From the NCBI GenBank assembly GCA_049517415.1, contig JBEKSC010000010.1, forward strand, positions 1 to 64,000: DNA of 64,000 bases, written 5' to 3'. Below the pieces are notes generated by a model, which saw only the letters and a list, made by a program, of their open reading frames with translations, made no database searches and was not told the DNA's origin. Shown here piece by piece: positions 21,670-32,230 of the stretch; positions within the stretch are counted from its first letter, which is position 1; each line of letters begins with the position of its first letter. The position numbers and the translations under genes were made by a program. The DNA comes from Candidatus Bathyarchaeia archaeon. Its GTDB lineage: Archaea; Thermoproteota; Bathyarchaeia; 40CM-2-53-6.

Positions 21670-21889
21670 CTTGCTTCACGCCCGTTTTCTCACATATTGT
21701 TGCTGGAAATCGTCATTTGCCAGCGCTCTTAACCATGTCGTAGTACTCTTGTAAGCTGCCAAGACTATAGAGACAAGAAGGCCTAGCCACTGTCAACGAG
21801 AACGTGGACGCATCGAAGCCGAGTGAGTCTTAGTCGATCTGCCTGACCAGCATCTAACGCAAAGATGCGATTGGCCAGTCAGAAAAACA

Positions 21890-23230
21890 CTAGCCCAGCC
21901 AATTGCTGTCGCCAGCTATTTGGTATTCAATTCCAGCTGATTGCAAGTCGAATCTCCGCCAAGTTTCCTCGAGATTGTCCAAGACCAACTTGCATTTTTT
22001 GAGATGGTTGATGAGTTTGGCTTCAGAGACAGCCTTGTAGATTCTGTGTCCGGCCACAATGATGATGCATTCGAATTCGGAAAGACCTTCAGGGAAACGG
22101 AAAGTCTCTGCGCCGGTTAGCTTCTTGATCTCTTCAGGCGTGTAATATGGGTCATTTATCTTGACTTTGACTTCGCGTTCCATGAGCCTCTTTGAGATCC
22201 GCAGGGCTGGGCTAAGCACATGGACCTTTAGGTCACCCTTGTAAGATAATCCCAAGATTCCAACATTCTTGAAACCAGCATTCGCGACGTGGTCCGCAAC
22301 GAGCGCGGGCAACTCGCTGTCTGTGGCAACAGTATCTTTGAGCAGCGTCAAATATTCCGGCCTCTCCGCACCCTCTATGACGTACTTGGAAGATAATGGG
22401 ATGCAATATCCACCACTTCCAAAGCTAGGCTTGTAAAGCCCGACGTTCCATTTCGTTGCGACCAACCTTAGCACCTCGGTCATGTTTAGGCTGGGATATG
22501 CGAGGCTGAGCTGGTTGGCCAGCGTGATTTCCATGTGTCTGTATGCGTTTTCGACGCTCTTGACTATCTCTGCGTGTTTGTGGTCTGGAGCTGGGATTAG
22601 CTTGTCGCACACGATACCTAGCACTTCGGTCATGAGCTTTGTTGTCTCGGGCGTTGTTCCTCCCACAATTCTTGGTAGGGACCGAAGGTTCTTTTCTGGA
22701 CTGATGAACCAGTCACGGCGAGGCGCCACGCCCAGGAAAACATCTTTGCCCACTGCTATGCCGTTCTTCTCGAAAATTGGAATTACCAAACCGTCGGTTT
22801 TGTTTGGTGTTAACGTGGACTCTATGATTACGAGCGGAGGTTCGCCAGATCTTGGAATGTGTGTCGCGATCTTTGTGATGACATCTTCAAGCGCTCCGTC
22901 CCATGGTTTATCTTCCTTCTCGGTGGGTATTGCGATCATGTGGACTGAAAACTCGGGAGCGAGAACTTCCTTCCAGTCCACCGTTGCAGTCATCATGCCT
23001 GATTCTACAAGGTATTTTGTGTCGAAGCCAAGCCAGTATTCCATGTTTGGTACGGGAGTTTTGCCATCGTTGATTGTTGAAACAATTCTTTCCGAAACAT
23101 CCGTCCCAACACATGCTATCCCTTCGGCAGCGAAATTTGCCATCGTTGAGAATCCGATGTACCCCGTTCCCCACACAGCGATCTTCCGTTTTCCTTCGAG
23201 GAGTTGCCGCCGCAATTTTTGCGTTTGCAT
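21890..23230 (-). CDS. UDP-glucose/GDP-mannose (nucleotide-sugar) dehydrogenase
   Basis: GTGYIG, IESTL.P, AE..K..EN.YR, GGYCIP, LGLSYK. Confidence 0.9.
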   Translation of the reverse strand: MQTQKLRRQLLEGKRKIAVWGTGYIGFSTMANFAAEGIACVGTDVSERIVSTINDGKTPVPNMEYWLGFDTKYLVESGMMTATVDWKEVLAPEFSVHMIAIPTEKEDKPWDGALEDVITKIATHIPRSGEPPLVIIESTLTPNKTDGLVIPIFEKNGIAVGKDVFLGVAPRRDWFISPEKNLRSLPRIVGGTTPETTKLMTEVLGIVCDKLIPAPDHKHAEIVKSVENAYRHMEITLANQLSLAYPSLNMTEVLRLVATKWNVGLYKPSFGSGGYCIPLSSKYVIEGAERPEYLTLLKDTVATDSELPALVADHVANAGFKNVGILGLSYKGDLKVHVLSPALRISKRLMEREVKVKINDPYYTPEEIKKLTGAETFRFPEGLSEFECIIIVAGHRIYKAVSEAKLINHLKKCKLVLDNLEETWRRFDLQSAGIEYQIAGDSNWLG

Positions 23231-23260
23231 TTGCGTTCAGCGGGCACTAGCCCCGGTGCG

Positions 23261-23275
23261 TAAATTAACCCTTTG
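23261..23275 (-). promoter_or_regulatory. Putative BRE/TATA promoter
   Basis: CAAAGGGTTAATTTA about 30-45 nt upstream of ATG 23230. Confidence 0.55.
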
Positions 23276-23283
23276 GAAAAACG

Positions 23284-24243
23284 TTAACCACCGGTTCGCG
23301 TGGAAATTGAATCAATTAGCAACTTCAAACCTTCCTTCAGTTCGACCTTCGGCTGAAATCCCAAGCCCTCTTTAGCTCTAGTCATGTTTGCGTAACTATG
23401 GCGAATGTCCCCAGCCCTGTCGGCGGAATGAGTTGGAGATGTCTCATGCCTCCCAACTAGTTCGGCTAGGAGTGAGTAGAGTTCGGAGATGTTCGTTGCC
23501 CGTCCTGTTCCTACATTGAACGCTTCCCCTGCTCCCGTACTTGCTCGTACCGCTTGGAGGTTCGCCACGACAACGTCCGAGACGTGGATGAAGTCTCGTG
23601 TCTGTTCCCCGTCGCCATAAATCATGGGCGGCAAGCCTTTTGAAAGATGCTTTGCGAAGATCGCGATTACTCCACTGTAAGGGTTTGCGCTTTGCCTCGC
23701 ACCGTAGACATTGAAGTACCGCAGAGCAATCGTGCTCAGTCCATAACTACTGTAGTAGGCCCCGCAATATTTCTCGCCCGCGAGTTTCGAGACTCCATAC
23801 GGTGTAACAGGATGAAGAGGGTTGTCTTCGGTTATTGGCAGAAGGCTCTGGTTTCCGTAGACAGATGATGAAGAAGCGAAGACTACCCTCTGGACCTTGT
23901 ACTTGAGTGAGGCGTTAAGCACGTTCAATGTCCCGGTAACGTTGACCGCATTAACAACCTCAGGTTTCTTCAATGAGAGGTATGGGCTTACAAGGGCGGC
24001 CAGATGCACAATTGCGTCAACTCTTTTCGCCAAAGATTCAACTACTTTTCGCTTGACGACGTTGCCCTTTCGAAAATGGAGTTTCGGATTCTTTCGCCAC
24101 ACGCGCAGGTTTCGAAGCGTTCCATTGGAAAGGTCGTCGAGGACCCAAACCTCTATCCCTTCGTTGAGAAGCGCGTCTACCGTATGGCTTCCTATGAATC
24201 CCGCGCCGCCGGTGACCAATACACTATCGTAAGTCAAATCCAT
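23284..24243 (-). CDS. NAD-dependent epimerase/dehydratase (GalE/WbpP-like)
   Basis: TGGAGFIGSH, SSSSVYG, YGVSK, RYFNVYG, RDFIHV. Confidence 0.92.
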   Translation of the reverse strand: MDLTYDSVLVTGGAGFIGSHTVDALLNEGIEVWVLDDLSNGTLRNLRVWRKNPKLHFRKGNVVKRKVVESLAKRVDAIVHLAALVSPYLSLKKPEVVNAVNVTGTLNVLNASLKYKVQRVVFASSSSVYGNQSLLPITEDNPLHPVTPYGVSKLAGEKYCGAYYSSYGLSTIALRYFNVYGARQSANPYSGVIAIFAKHLSKGLPPMIYGDGEQTRDFIHVSDVVVANLQAVRASTGAGEAFNVGTGRATNISELYSLLAELVGRHETSPTHSADRAGDIRHSYANMTRAKEGLGFQPKVELKEGLKLLIDSISTRTGG

Positions 24244-24248
24244 GCAGC

Positions 24249-24956
24249 TCAAGAGAACTGGAATGGGGCTTTTGATCGCTCAACAAGTACGCGAACCTCC
24301 TCAAGGTTCTTGAACGTCCCAATATCATAATGCCTCTTGGGCGTTAGGTACGCGAATACGGGCCTGTGCTTATGGAGTAATTCAGGGATTACGTCGTGCG
24401 AGATATCGGTGTTGGGTTTGCAGTAGGAAAGGATCTCGCTCTCACAGACTAGTATGCCCATACTTACGGGGTATTCCTTGATTACGGGCTTCTCTTCGAA
24501 GTAAGTTACTCTCCCGTCCTCAGCCACGCGTGCGACCCCATACTCTATCGGTACTGTTGTGCTCATTGCGATGGTACAAACCGGACTCTTGTTCTCATGA
24601 AACTGAATCATGGCGTGTAAGTCCATATCTGTGAGAACGTCCCCGTAATACACGACGAATCTCTCGCCAAGAACATCGGTGGCTGCACCTAATGCTCCAG
24701 CTGTGCCGATCCTATCGGCAACAGAATATTCGATCTTAACACCATACCGGTTCCCATCGCCTAGATGGTTTTGGAGAAGTTCATGTTCGCTCTCTGAAAT
24801 CAGCATGACAATCTCGTGGATTGCATGGTGCTTGAGATAGTCTATGATATACTCGATAACGTAGCGGCTTCCAATTGGTATCAATGCTTTGGGGATGTAT
24901 GCGGTAATAGGGTAGAGGCGGGTTCCCGCGCCCCCGGCCAGAATAGCCGCTTTCAA
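24249..24956 (-). CDS. Sugar-1-phosphate nucleotidyltransferase
   Basis: AAILAGGAGTRL.P.T...PK, GTAG, YYGD, FEEKP, YDIGT. Confidence 0.9.
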   Translation of the reverse strand: MKAAILAGGAGTRLYPITAYIPKALIPIGSRYVIEYIIDYLKHHAIHEIVMLISESEHELLQNHLGDGNRYGVKIEYSVADRIGTAGALGAATDVLGERFVVYYGDVLTDMDLHAMIQFHENKSPVCTIAMSTTVPIEYGVARVAEDGRVTYFEEKPVIKEYPVSMGILVCESEILSYCKPNTDISHDVIPELLHKHRPVFAYLTPKRHYDIGTFKNLEEVRVLVERSKAPFQFS

Positions 24957-24999
24957 CTAGCAAATCCAACCTTTGAAGCGGAGGCTCAAGTCCGCTGGG

Positions 25000-25012
25000 T
25001 AAAAAGCCTTTG
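25000..25012 (-). promoter_or_regulatory. Putative BRE/TATA promoter
   Basis: CAAAGGCTTTTTA upstream of TTG 24956. Confidence 0.55.
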
Positions 25013-25080
25013 ATGCGCTGGGGGGAGCACGCTTCGTGACGAACAGTGATTTCGCTCTAAAGAGGGAGTGAAATACCTCT

Positions 25081-26412
25081 TTAGCCCAGAGGTAGGTGCC
25101 CAGAAGGTTGTTGCTTTGTTTGCGTCTCAGTCATTGTGAAGATGAGCATGAGTAGTAGAGATCCAGTGAAGAGAGTTCGAGTAAAGACTTGAACAAATGG
25201 CCAGGCAAGGGGCGAAGGAAGAGAGGATGAGACGCCTTCCATTGTGCTATTGAGGTTCAGAAGGAAGAATAAGCCTTTCCCACCCAACGAACTGTTAGTA
25301 TCCACAGATAAGCAAGTATACAGGAAAGCTAGCGAGGTAATGATTCCATACCGTTTGATTTTGACTCGGCTCGCGGCCGTATACACCACGAGGGAAGGCA
25401 GCATCCAAAGAAGAAAGTACGCAGAGAACGCAGAGAACGTCGAGAAAGCGAAGTACATTGCGAAGAATGCGACGACCTCACTTCCGACCTCCCGTCTCCT
25501 CCACGCAACGGGTTTTGACAGGAAGTACCCAAGGAATATGCAGGCGGTTGCCGTGAGTGGAATACCGTACTGGCTAAAGGCTTCTTGGGGGAAAAGGAAG
25601 GGGCCCATCGTTCCCCATCCTTCGCCAACAATGATGCCTGGGCGTTGCCCGAATATCTCTGCAACAGTTTTGAATCCAACAAAATAGCTAGCGAGTAAGA
25701 GACTGGATAGAAGTATGACAAATTGGACACCCACAAACACGACGGCTTGGCGAAATTGCCGTGACCGAGCTAGAGCTAGGGGGTATATCCATGCTAACAG
25801 GCTTGGTGCGAATCGGAGAATTGTTCCAATCGCTAGGTGTGTAGCTCCCCGTCCTATCTGCGAGTTGTAGATCGCGTAAGCTCCCAGCAGTATAAACGCG
25901 GCAGGGTAGATTTCGACTGTGTTGAACATTTCTAGGAGGAAGACAAGTGGTGAACCTGCCCACATCAATCCCGCGACCATCCCCCTCGACAAGGAGCTCG
26001 TCGTCCTCGTGACGATATGAACAATCATGAGCATTGTCAGGAGGTCCGCTATTATGAGCGGGCCCTTCATTGTGAGATTGAATGCCATTAACGATGGGCT
26101 GAGTTCTGTCCATATATGAGCGGATGGTGCGGTATTCACCAACTCATATAATTTAGTAGCAACGATTGAGTCGTTTGTGGCGCGCAGCCATAACCAATAC
26201 GCTGAGGCGAAAATCAAGCTCGGACCTGTATACACACCGTGAAACAGATGCCCTTGTGTCACGGCGATCCCTAGGAAGACCCAGTCCACGAAATCGTGGC
26301 TGAATGATATGGAAAGTAGAGCGATTCTGGCAGCACAAACAGAAATAAGAAGTAAGATGTAACTGGTTACCCGTCCCTTAATCAACGCCAAATAGTTGTG
26401 AACTCCTATCAA
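25081..26412 (-). CDS. GT-C-like polytopic membrane protein (paralog 3)
   Basis: Many TM segments; HD loop, KGPLIIAD, W..SP...EM...E. Confidence 0.65.
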   Translation of the reverse strand: MIGVHNYLALIKGRVTSYILLLISVCAARIALLSISFSHDFVDWVFLGIAVTQGHLFHGVYTGPSLIFASAYWLWLRATNDSIVATKLYELVNTAPSAHIWTELSPSLMAFNLTMKGPLIIADLLTMLMIVHIVTRTTSSLSRGMVAGLMWAGSPLVFLLEMFNTVEIYPAAFILLGAYAIYNSQIGRGATHLAIGTILRFAPSLLAWIYPLALARSRQFRQAVVFVGVQFVILLSSLLLASYFVGFKTVAEIFGQRPGIIVGEGWGTMGPFLFPQEAFSQYGIPLTATACIFLGYFLSKPVAWRRREVGSEVVAFFAMYFAFSTFSAFSAYFLLWMLPSLVVYTAASRVKIKRYGIITSLAFLYTCLSVDTNSSLGGKGLFFLLNLNSTMEGVSSSLPSPLAWPFVQVFTRTLFTGSLLLMLIFTMTETQTKQQPSGHLPLG

Positions 26413-27656
26413 ATTCCTATGCAGCGAGAGAGTGTTGTGAGAATCTTCGTATGTGTGTTGATTAACTGGGCGGCATAGATTAGGCAGATTGATGTGAACA
26501 ACGCTTGAGCAAGAGGGACGAAGAAGATGGCAAGTAGAGCGTTCTGAGATATTTGGTTGTAAGACGCGAGAGTTTGCATGAGAAGAGCGTTCCCATTTAC
26601 CGGAAGGAAGAAGAGGGCCAGGCCGTTGGCGGTGAAATATGATTTGAAGGTGAAGATGCTGGTAGAGAACGCTGTCATCGTAAGCAATGCGAGATAGATG
26701 AGTCCGCGTCTGCTGCCCGCCGTTCTAACAGTTGCAAATGGAATTAACCACAGGAGATACGACGGAAACCAATTGGCGAAAGCAAAATAGGCCAGGAATG
26801 TTACCAAAATTCCGTCGAATGTGGCCTCCGGGTTTTTCGGCCACTTTTCCAGCATAAGAACGTAGGTTACGGTGAGCAATGTGGTTGCAAGGCCGATTCG
26901 TATATAATCTTGGGTACTTACGGTAAACTCGTCGAAGAAGACGAAGAACACGTCATATCGTGTGAATTGAAGTAGGGGATTGTATCCTGCGTAGTATGTC
27001 CATGCAAAAAATAATGCCGCACCGACCAAAGCTGATAGAATTGCAATTAGACGTTGCTTTTTGTCATCGATTGTGGCGAAAAACGCGGGCGCAGATATTA
27101 GTGGGAATAGCTTCGCAGCAGTTGCGCACAGTAAATAAAAGTCGCTCTTAAGTCGCCTCCCAGAACGTAACGCTATCACGGAAGACAATAGAAGTGCTAT
27201 CGGGAATAAGTCCATCGACCACCACATTTCGTTGACAAGGAGGACGTAGGGGTTCAGAAACCATACGAAGAAAGCGTACTTACCTTGTTTCACGAATCCT
27301 TGTTGCCTGACGCATTCACCTATCAGTATGCCAGTAACGAAATCGAGGATGAGTAAAGGGAATTTTAACATGAATACGAGGAGAAAGAGGCTAGGCGAAG
27401 GCTGGAAATTATTAACTGTCCACGACGAAGCCAGATTAGGGTGCTCGAGCGGGGTGAGATTCCATAAGGCTAGTATTGATCGAAACAAGAGCCCATATGG
27501 AGTCATACTCCAAGGCTCCATGCCAAAACCTTGTGATACCTGAAACGCTAGATCTGGGCTCATCGGCGCGAGCGTCATCAGTACGGCCTTTGTTGCGAAA
27601 GCGAGAATCAGGAGTATTACGGACCACTTTGATGAAATCAGCCAACCAAGTTTCAT
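26409..27656 (-). CDS. GT-C-like polytopic membrane protein (paralog 2; GT87/PIG-M-like)
   Basis: KFPLLILD, WFLNP...NEM...D, KLFP, YLLWLIP. Confidence 0.7.
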   Translation of the reverse strand: MKLGWLISSKWSVILLILAFATKAVLMTLAPMSPDLAFQVSQGFGMEPWSMTPYGLLFRSILALWNLTPLEHPNLASSWTVNNFQPSPSLFLLVFMLKFPLLILDFVTGILIGECVRQQGFVKQGKYAFFVWFLNPYVLLVNEMWWSMDLFPIALLLSSVIALRSGRRLKSDFYLLCATAAKLFPLISAPAFFATIDDKKQRLIAILSALVGAALFFAWTYYAGYNPLLQFTRYDVFFVFFDEFTVSTQDYIRIGLATTLLTVTYVLMLEKWPKNPEATFDGILVTFLAYFAFANWFPSYLLWLIPFATVRTAGSRRGLIYLALLTMTAFSTSIFTFKSYFTANGLALFFLPVNGNALLMQTLASYNQISQNALLAIFFVPLAQALFTSICLIYAAQLINTHTKILTTLSRCIGI

Positions 27657-27657
27657 C

Positions 27658-28893
27658 TCAGACCCGACCCTTCCGGATACAAATCCATGAGACCATCATG
27701 GAGTATGCAAGGGACATTCCTGACAGCGCCGAGCGGATCCACTGACCAAAAATATTGGAGAACAACAAGACATTCGATTCTAGAATATTGATTTGTTGCG
27801 ATTCGGACGGGGCGGTCGGAAATATATTGATGGGAATAAAGAGGAGGCTGCTTCGCGATATGAGGACGTCGATGTAAAAGAGTGTGCAGAACACTCCAAT
27901 TATCATGTAGAGGAGAACAGTCCAGTTAAGTTTTCCATATTTCGCATTCCAGAGGGCGATTAGAGGGCCAATCCAGAGAAATGAAGTTGGATATGGATCT
28001 GATAGCGCATAGACGAGGAGGAAACCCGACAGGGCGAGCGGGACTAACGACCAACTATCACGCGACCAAATCTTACCTGCAAGAACGTAAAACATTGTCA
28101 CGCCGAGCATCGCAAGGCCTACGTATGTCTGGGGCACAAAATACTCGTTCAGCGTCTGTATTACCGGGGAGTACGGTATCGCAAAGCCCGAGTACCCTGG
28201 GTCGAAGAACTGTAGCAAATTCAGGATATTCGTCAGGTGCCCTTGAATAAGCCAGTATGAGTATGCCAGAACGCCTGCAGGACCAGAGACGTAAATTAGC
28301 AGCCGGTCCAACCGTCCGATTTCAGATCTGGGCTTTCTCTGTAACCATGCTACTAACGCCAGCCACGCGATTATCGGGCTCAGTTTGAAAGCGATCCCCG
28401 TAAACAAGGACACACAACTGAGTCGAAAATGTCCTAGAATAATGAGGGCGATAGCGGCTAGACTTAGAGCTACAGGGATTACCTCTACCGACCCCCACAT
28501 TTCACCAAATAGAGTGTTTAACGGGTTTGCAAGCCAAAGTACGGCGGCGTACTGGGCTGAGGAAACGGAAAATCGTGACCGAAGGGCTAACAGGTAAACA
28601 AGAACCCCGACAGCAGCGTCACAGATGATGAGAGGGAGTTTGATTAGTGCAGTCAGCAAATAACCTCCAAGTCCCAAATAGTTCGGTTCTGACACGAGCG
28701 CACCTGGAACATTGCCATGACTGATCGGCAGCCAGAGCCAGAACATATAGATGCTATGAGCGATGGTCAACCAAGGTGACCATGGCACGTCCGTTCCGTT
28801 CAGGATAACTTGCGTCATATAGAGGGTATAGTCATTGCCTAAAGGGGTCACTATCGCCAGTATGAGTTTCAGCAATATTATTGAAGACAACAC
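27658..28893 (-). CDS. GT-C-like polytopic membrane protein (paralog 1)
   Basis: KLPLIICD, WLANP...EMWG..E, FKLSP, FLW..P. Confidence 0.7.
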   Translation of the reverse strand: MLSSIILLKLILAIVTPLGNDYTLYMTQVILNGTDVPWSPWLTIAHSIYMFWLWLPISHGNVPGALVSEPNYLGLGGYLLTALIKLPLIICDAAVGVLVYLLALRSRFSVSSAQYAAVLWLANPLNTLFGEMWGSVEVIPVALSLAAIALIILGHFRLSCVSLFTGIAFKLSPIIAWLALVAWLQRKPRSEIGRLDRLLIYVSGPAGVLAYSYWLIQGHLTNILNLLQFFDPGYSGFAIPYSPVIQTLNEYFVPQTYVGLAMLGVTMFYVLAGKIWSRDSWSLVPLALSGFLLVYALSDPYPTSFLWIGPLIALWNAKYGKLNWTVLLYMIIGVFCTLFYIDVLISRSSLLFIPINIFPTAPSESQQINILESNVLLFSNIFGQWIRSALSGMSLAYSMMVSWICIRKGRV

Positions 28894-29061
28894 TAGCCCG
28901 AACCGTTTCGAACTGTTCCTCCCCTCAAATCCCAGTAAACCTACGAAAGGTCACCGAGGGTTCGTAAGCTTTTGCATATATTGGAAGCAGTGGAAGCTTG
29001 ATGCTGTGGCTTTAAATTCGTCCACGGCTGAAAATGAATCAAGCAGTCGGAATGGACTCGA

Positions 29062-29958
29062 TTGGTTCGCAAGCCAAGAATAGTCGCGGGCATACCCGCA
29101 CTGAATGAAGAGCGAACTATAGCTAAAGTCATAGTGCGCGCTATGGAACATGTCGACGCTATCCTGGTAGTAGATGATGGAAGCAGGGATGAAACGAGCG
29201 CAATTGCCAAAAAACTAGGAGCAGTAGTTCTGAAGCACACCAGGAACCTAGGGAAGGGAGCAGCTCTTCGTGATTGCTTCAGATGGGCCAAACGAACGAG
29301 TGCAGATGTCTTGGTTACGATCGACGCGGATGGACAACATGACCCGGCAGATATTCCCCGGCTAGTGGCTGCTCTTAGGAAGAAGCGGGCCGATGTAGTA
29401 ATCGGAAGTCGACTGTACCGGCCTCCGCAGATGCCTCGTCATAGCTGGATGGCGGCACGCGCACTCGACGCCGCGGCAGCTGTTAGAATTGATGGAAGAC
29501 TCTTGGACACCCAGAGCGGGCTCAGGGCATATTCACGCAATGCCATCGAAAATCTTGTTATAACGGATCTTGGAATAGGAGCCGATACCGAACTCCTCAT
29601 GCGAGCAAAGAGTGCACGGCTTAGGATTGTCGAAGTTCCTATAAGAGTAAACTACGGTGGCTCAAATACCTCAAAAAGTCATCCATTGATCCAAGGGCTG
29701 AATGCCTTATTCGGCATAATTAGATTCACATCGATTCAACATCCCCTCACCTTCTACGGGGGATTTGCTATTGTTTCATTCGTCATTTCGCTGTTCTTCG
29801 GATTCAAGACAATTGACTACTTCCAGCGGTCTGGTGAAGTCCTAACTGATTTGGCATTGATCTCAATCGCATCAGGCCTGTTGGCATTTCTAGCACTTTT
29901 TACCGGTGTAATCTTATTCACACTAATTGGACTAATTCGCGAGAGGCAAGAAAGATAG
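29062..29958 (+). CDS. GT2 polyprenol-phosphate glycosyltransferase (DPM1-like) with C-terminal TM helices
   Basis: IPALNEE, VDDGS.D, NLGKG.A, DADGQH, GSR, DTQSG.R. Confidence 0.9.
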   Translation: MVRKPRIVAGIPALNEERTIAKVIVRAMEHVDAILVVDDGSRDETSAIAKKLGAVVLKHTRNLGKGAALRDCFRWAKRTSADVLVTIDADGQHDPADIPRLVAALRKKRADVVIGSRLYRPPQMPRHSWMAARALDAAAAVRIDGRLLDTQSGLRAYSRNAIENLVITDLGIGADTELLMRAKSARLRIVEVPIRVNYGGSNTSKSHPLIQGLNALFGIIRFTSIQHPLTFYGGFAIVSFVISLFFGFKTIDYFQRSGEVLTDLALISIASGLLAFLALFTGVILFTLIGLIRERQER

Positions 29959-29973
29959 CCGTTTAGGATAGCT

Positions 29974-31098
29974 ATGCGAATCCTCCACGTGGTGCACAGG
30001 TTTTTTCCGCCGACCGTAGGGGGGCTTTCATTTCACGCTCACATGCTATCCGTTGAACAGGCAAGGCTTGGACACGAAGTGGTGGTTTTTACTTCTCAGG
30101 AGCATGGTTATCCTGAGTACGAGCGAAAGGATGGGTACGAGATCTATAGATTTAAGCCGTTAGTTCGACCGATGGACAATCCGCTTAACTTCCGATTGTT
30201 GTCATCACTACTCAAGTACGATGCATTCGACATACTTCACGCCCACTCCCACCTGATGTTCACGACTAACTTCGCGGCTCTAAAAGCGAAAACTTCCAGA
30301 AAGCCCTTCGTGATTACAAATCACGGATTCAAAGTAGAACGGGGTAAATTCCTTAACTTCGTTCAAGACGTCTACCTATCGAGTGTGGGTAGACTCTCTC
30401 TCACCGCCGCCGACTCCGTTGTGAGCTTCACTGATTCGGAACGTAAGAAGACGATCAATGCGGGTGTCGCTTCTAGGCGAGCAGTCCTCATTCCAAACGG
30501 GGTTGACACGAAGTTCTTCCGTCCCCTTGCTGTTGAACCTGTCCCTCATAGCGTGCTCTGGGCAGGGAGATATGTGCCCGAAAAGGGCGTGCGCTTCCTT
30601 CTGGAAGCAGCTAAGATTGTCGTGAATGCGTTTCCTGATGCAAGATTTTTCCTTGTAGGTTATGGCAAAGGTTTGGCTGAGACGATTAGATTCAGAAATG
30701 TTCTCGGTCTAAGCAACCACGTAGACATGTTCAATGTAATGGAGCAAGGGAGATTACTGAAGTTGCTCAACCGGTGCACCCTCTTCGTATTGCCGAGTCT
30801 CAGTGAGGGACTTCCAAGCACTGTCCTTGAAGCGATGTCCTGCGGAAAGCCAGTCGTCCTTACTGCCAATATTGGCCTGGAAGAAGTAGTCGGTGACGCC
30901 GGTCTCTATTTCCCTAGGCGAGATTCGAAAGCGTTAGCCAACGCTATAGTGACCCTTCTGGCAAACAAGGAGTTAGGTGATGAGCTTGGAAAACGGGGGA
31001 GGGAGAGGGTAAGATCATCGTACGATTGGCCTCAAATTGTTGAAAAGGTAAACGCATTGTACACCAAAGTGATCGAGAATAAGCGACGGTCGGATTGA
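29974..31098 (+). CDS. Glycosyltransferase family 4
   Basis: PNGVD, GRYVPEKG, SEGLPSTVLEAMSCGKPV. Confidence 0.92.
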   Translation: MRILHVVHRFFPPTVGGLSFHAHMLSVEQARLGHEVVVFTSQEHGYPEYERKDGYEIYRFKPLVRPMDNPLNFRLLSSLLKYDAFDILHAHSHLMFTTNFAALKAKTSRKPFVITNHGFKVERGKFLNFVQDVYLSSVGRLSLTAADSVVSFTDSERKKTINAGVASRRAVLIPNGVDTKFFRPLAVEPVPHSVLWAGRYVPEKGVRFLLEAAKIVVNAFPDARFFLVGYGKGLAETIRFRNVLGLSNHVDMFNVMEQGRLLKLLNRCTLFVLPSLSEGLPSTVLEAMSCGKPVVLTANIGLEEVVGDAGLYFPRRDSKALANAIVTLLANKELGDELGKRGRERVRSSYDWPQIVEKVNALYTKVIENKRRSD

Positions 31099-31147
31099 CA
31101 CAATTGTCTTCCCGACTCCTTGAGTGTCAGAGGACCTCATCTCCTCG

Positions 31148-32230
31148 TTATTCCGGCTTGTTGTAATCACGACCCCTTAGAAGGTCCCGGAGGGTCATGC
31201 GACGGGCATGCTTAAGAATTCGGTCGTCGGAAACGAGTCTAATACTCTGTACGATCACTCGTTTCTTCCAGTTCTTGCGAAAATCCTTTACGGCTGCTAG
31301 AAGTGCAACTGTGAATCCGAATGCTTCGTGCGCTCGTCGTTTGGAAATGAGGTACAAGATTGTGGCCACTTGAACCATAAGATGGCCGAGGCCGTACGTT
31401 AGGAGACTTCGGCTTTCGAAATTCTTTACGAGTGTCGCGATATAGTTTCGCCCAGAGTAGAAGCTCGGCACGGTCATTGCGTGAACCTGCTTGCCCGAAG
31501 CGGCCCCGGCGATGTGATAAACAACCGAAGAAGCAGCGAACTCAATTGAGTAGCCACGAAGCCTAAGCCGCCAGGAAAGGTCAATGTCTTCGTAGTACAT
31601 GAAGTAGTCAGCGTCGAAGCCGTCGACTTCATGAAAGACCCGCTCTCTGACGAGCATTGCTGCTCCCCTTGCACTGAAAATCTCTCTTTTCGAATCGTAT
31701 TGTCCTCGGTCGATAATGCCCTTCCCACGAGAATACGGCCAGCCAACTGTACATATGAAATCTCCTGCACTGTCCAGCTTCTTCCTATCGGACATCATGA
31801 GTAGTTTGCTCTGTGCGGCGGCAACCGACGGATGACCCTCCAAAATTGACACAAGATTCCCGACTGCGCTGGGCATAGCCTTTGTATCAAAGTTGAGAAA
31901 GAACAAGTATTCTCCATTCGCTCTGTGGGCACCTAGGTTAGAGCCAGCGGCGAACCCCAAATTTCGTTCACAAATAACGAGCACAACGTGGTCGCTTTTC
32001 TTGTACCTCCGGGATAAGTACTGAGCGCTGCCATCGGTTGAAGCGTTATCTACCACTATCACTTCTAATTGCTTATAGCTGGACCGAAGTATAGAATCTA
32101 GGCAGCGTCCGATAACTTTCATACCGTTGTAGTTTACAACAATAACAGAGACCAGACGGCCTGGTTCAGCGAGGTATGTGCCGTCGTTCCTTGTGCGCAA
32201 TGTACGCGCGCTGGGTGACGGGCGCCTCAT
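31148..32230 (-). CDS. GT2 glycosyltransferase (rhamnosyltransferase/WbbL-like)
   Basis: VIVVNYNG, VDNASTD, NLGFA.G.N, FLNFD, YYEDIDL; near rfb genes. Confidence 0.88.
   Translation of the reverse strand: MRRPSPSARTLRTRNDGTYLAEPGRLVSVIVVNYNGMKVIGRCLDSILRSSYKQLEVIVVDNASTDGSAQYLSRRYKKSDHVVLVICERNLGFAAGSNLGAHRANGEYLFFLNFDTKAMPSAVGNLVSILEGHPSVAAAQSKLLMMSDRKKLDSAGDFICTVGWPYSRGKGIIDRGQYDSKREIFSARGAAMLVRERVFHEVDGFDADYFMYYEDIDLSWRLRLRGYSIEFAASSVVYHIAGAASGKQVHAMTVPSFYSGRNYIATLVKNFESRSLLTYGLGHLMVQVATILYLISKRRAHEAFGFTVALLAAVKDFRKNWKKRVIVQSIRLVSDDRILKHARRMTLRDLLRGRDYNKPE

Noticed and set aside
22482..23375. 297-aa plus-strand ORF
   Set aside because: Antisense shadow of the nucleotide-sugar dehydrogenase; no motifs.
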